DNA of 64,000 nucleotides from contig CAZSQA010000003.1 of the NCBI GenBank assembly GCA_964608915.1, forward strand, positions 118,613-182,612, written 5' to 3'. Below the pieces are notes generated by a model that was not told the DNA's origin, ran no database searches, and saw only the letters and a list, made by a program, of their open reading frames with translations. Positions 62,806 to 64,000 of the stretch are shown here, piece after piece; the stretch's first letter is position 1, and each line of letters begins with the position of its first letter. A program made the translations under genes and the position numbers. The DNA comes from an uncultured Isosphaeraceae bacterium. GTDB lineage: Bacteria; Planctomycetota; Planctomycetia; Isosphaerales; Isosphaeraceae.

Positions 62806-64000
62806 TCAGCACAGACCCAGAAACCGCCCAGGGTTTAGAATCCCCTTCGGATCAAGCGCCCGTTTGATGCCGGCCATCAGGTCGCGCTCGCGGCGATGCT
62901 TGCCCCAGATCGGAAAATCGGCCTTCCAGCCTTCCGGGCAAGCCGGCCAGACGACCGAACCGCCCCAGGGTTCGACCTTCACCTGCCAGTCTTCAGCCAC
63001 GGCCAGGGCTGTCTCCCGCTCCAGCGGCTCACGAGCCTGCAGGCTGACGATCCCCTGCCCGCCATGTGCCTGAACGGACCAGATCAAGGTGTCGACCTGA
63101 TTCAGCAATTCGGCGAGCCGCCCCGGGCGAGTCACGACGCGAGCGACAGGCAGAACATGCTGCCCATTCGATTCGAAGCCTGCCGTCAAAGCCGACCAGA
63201 CCGGCGTCGCAGCGTCATCCCGCAATATCTCGCATACGGCTGACTTCGGAAGTTCCTCGCGGATTTTATCGCACTGCCAGGCGACGGCCTTGTCCGACTC
63301 GTCGAACCCGATCGCCGCCACCCAGGCCGCTGATTTCAGGTTCGCGGGTTTTCCGATCGCCTCGGCCCGCGAACGGTCGAGCACTTCGATCGCCGTCGGC
63401 CGCGTTTCGGAGAGATTCAGCCGATCGAGCAAATTTCCCAGCGATTCGGCATCGGGAAGGCCGATCCAGGCGATCGCCGTGCTCTCAGGCCGGGGCCTCA
63501 CTTTGAACGTCAGTTCGGTGATGACGCCCAGGGCTCCCATCGAACCGGTCAACAGTTTGGGAAAGTCGTAACCGGCGACATTTTTCACGACTCGGCCGCC
63601 GCCCCGGATCGTCCGCCCGAGGCCGTCGACGAACGCGATCCCGATGATCTGGTCGCGAGGCTTGAGATTCTGCTGACGACGCGGACCGGTCCAGGCAGTC
63701 GCCATGATCCCGCCCAGAGTCGCCCTGTCGGCATTCGGCGGATCGATCGGCAGGTATTGGTTGTTCTCGGCCAGGATCGACTGCAGCCGGCCCAGCGTCA
63801 TGCCGGATTCGACCGTGATCGTCATATCGTCGACCGGGTAATCGATCACCCTGTCCAGCTTCGAAGTTTCCAGGCGAACCCCGGGCCGACCCGGCATTCC
63901 GCCATAATTCCAGGCCGTCGCGCCGCCTGCAGGAAAGACCGCTCGCCCGTCATCGGCACATGCGGCCAGAAGGTCCATCACTTCATCCGCAACGGCAGGT
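62806..64000 (-). CDS. glcE: FAD-binding (PCMH-type) oxidoreductase, glycolate oxidase subunit GlcE-like; 5' end probably beyond the window
   Basis: VFPAGGATAWNYGG, VIDYPVDDMTITVESGMTLGRLQ and GGRVVKNVAGYDFPKLLTGSMGALGVITELTFKV. The track start at 63981 is a GTG. The frame stays open upstream to base 64000 (..PAVADEV-MDLL), so the true start may lie outside the window. Confidence 0.85.
   Translation of the reverse strand, partial: PAVADEVMDLLAACADDGRAVFPAGGATAWNYGGMPGRPGVRLETSKLDRVIDYPVDDMTITVESGMTLGRLQSILAENNQYLPIDPPNADRATLGGIMATAWTGPRRQQNLKPRDQIIGIAFVDGLGRTIRGGGRVVKNVAGYDFPKLLTGSMGALGVITELTFKVRPRPESTAIAWIGLPDAESLGNLLDRLNLSETRPTAIEVLDRSRAEAIGKPANLKSAAWVAAIGFDESDKAVAWQCDKIREELPKSAVCEILRDDAATPVWSALTAGFESNGQHVLPVARVVTRPGRLAELLNQVDTLIWSVQAHGGQGIVSLQAREPLERETALAVAEDWQVKVEPWGGSVVWPACPEGWKADFPIWGKHRRERDLMAGIKRALDPKGILNPGRFLGLC

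Overview
This is a high-GC (about 58-60% by eye), gene-dense 64-kb chromosomal segment. Its content points to Planctomycetota: two DUF1501 plus DUF1549/DUF1553 (PSCyt/PSD) gene sets, a PSCyt1-WD40 giant protein, an LERREVLS-type N-terminus and a PEP-CTERM protein. I can support about 45 protein genes, one tRNA-Ala(CGC), one decayed IS4-family element (frameshift plus catalytic D->Y) and one RAYT/REP unit. Metabolic and housekeeping genes: a 2-hydroxyacid dehydrogenase (edge-truncated and absent from the ORF track), RidA, SDR, xylose-isomerase-like TIM barrel, M3 oligoendopeptidase, PlsC-type acyltransferase, GH17-like glucanase, cysteine desulfurase, GlcE/GlcF, MurQ plus a BadF-type sugar kinase, and a DUF1343/NamZ-like protein. 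Regulatory genes: a 1490-aa GAF/5xPAS hybrid histidine kinase whose start overlaps the stop of an NMT1-type binding protein, an Rrf2 regulator followed by two DUF3365 heme-sensor paralogues, and two tandem sensor-less SpoIIE/PP2C phosphatases. I see no CRISPR array, rRNA, prophage, recognisable defence system or biosynthetic cluster. The best candidates for uncharacterised biology are: (i) a DUF2760-Hsp70 module joined by an ATGA overlap to MurNAc catabolic genes; (ii) the co-directional DUF1501 / DUF1549-1553 / PSCyt1-WD40 / YfhO array; (iii) a transglutaminase plus gamma-glutamylcyclotransferase pair; (iv) the Rrf2-DUF3365x2 operon with AT-rich palindromes; (v) a leaderless S8 protease with a free-standing I9-like small ORF. 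All functional calls come from motif recognition by eye. No database search was run, and many long antisense ORFs in the track are rejected as GC artefacts.
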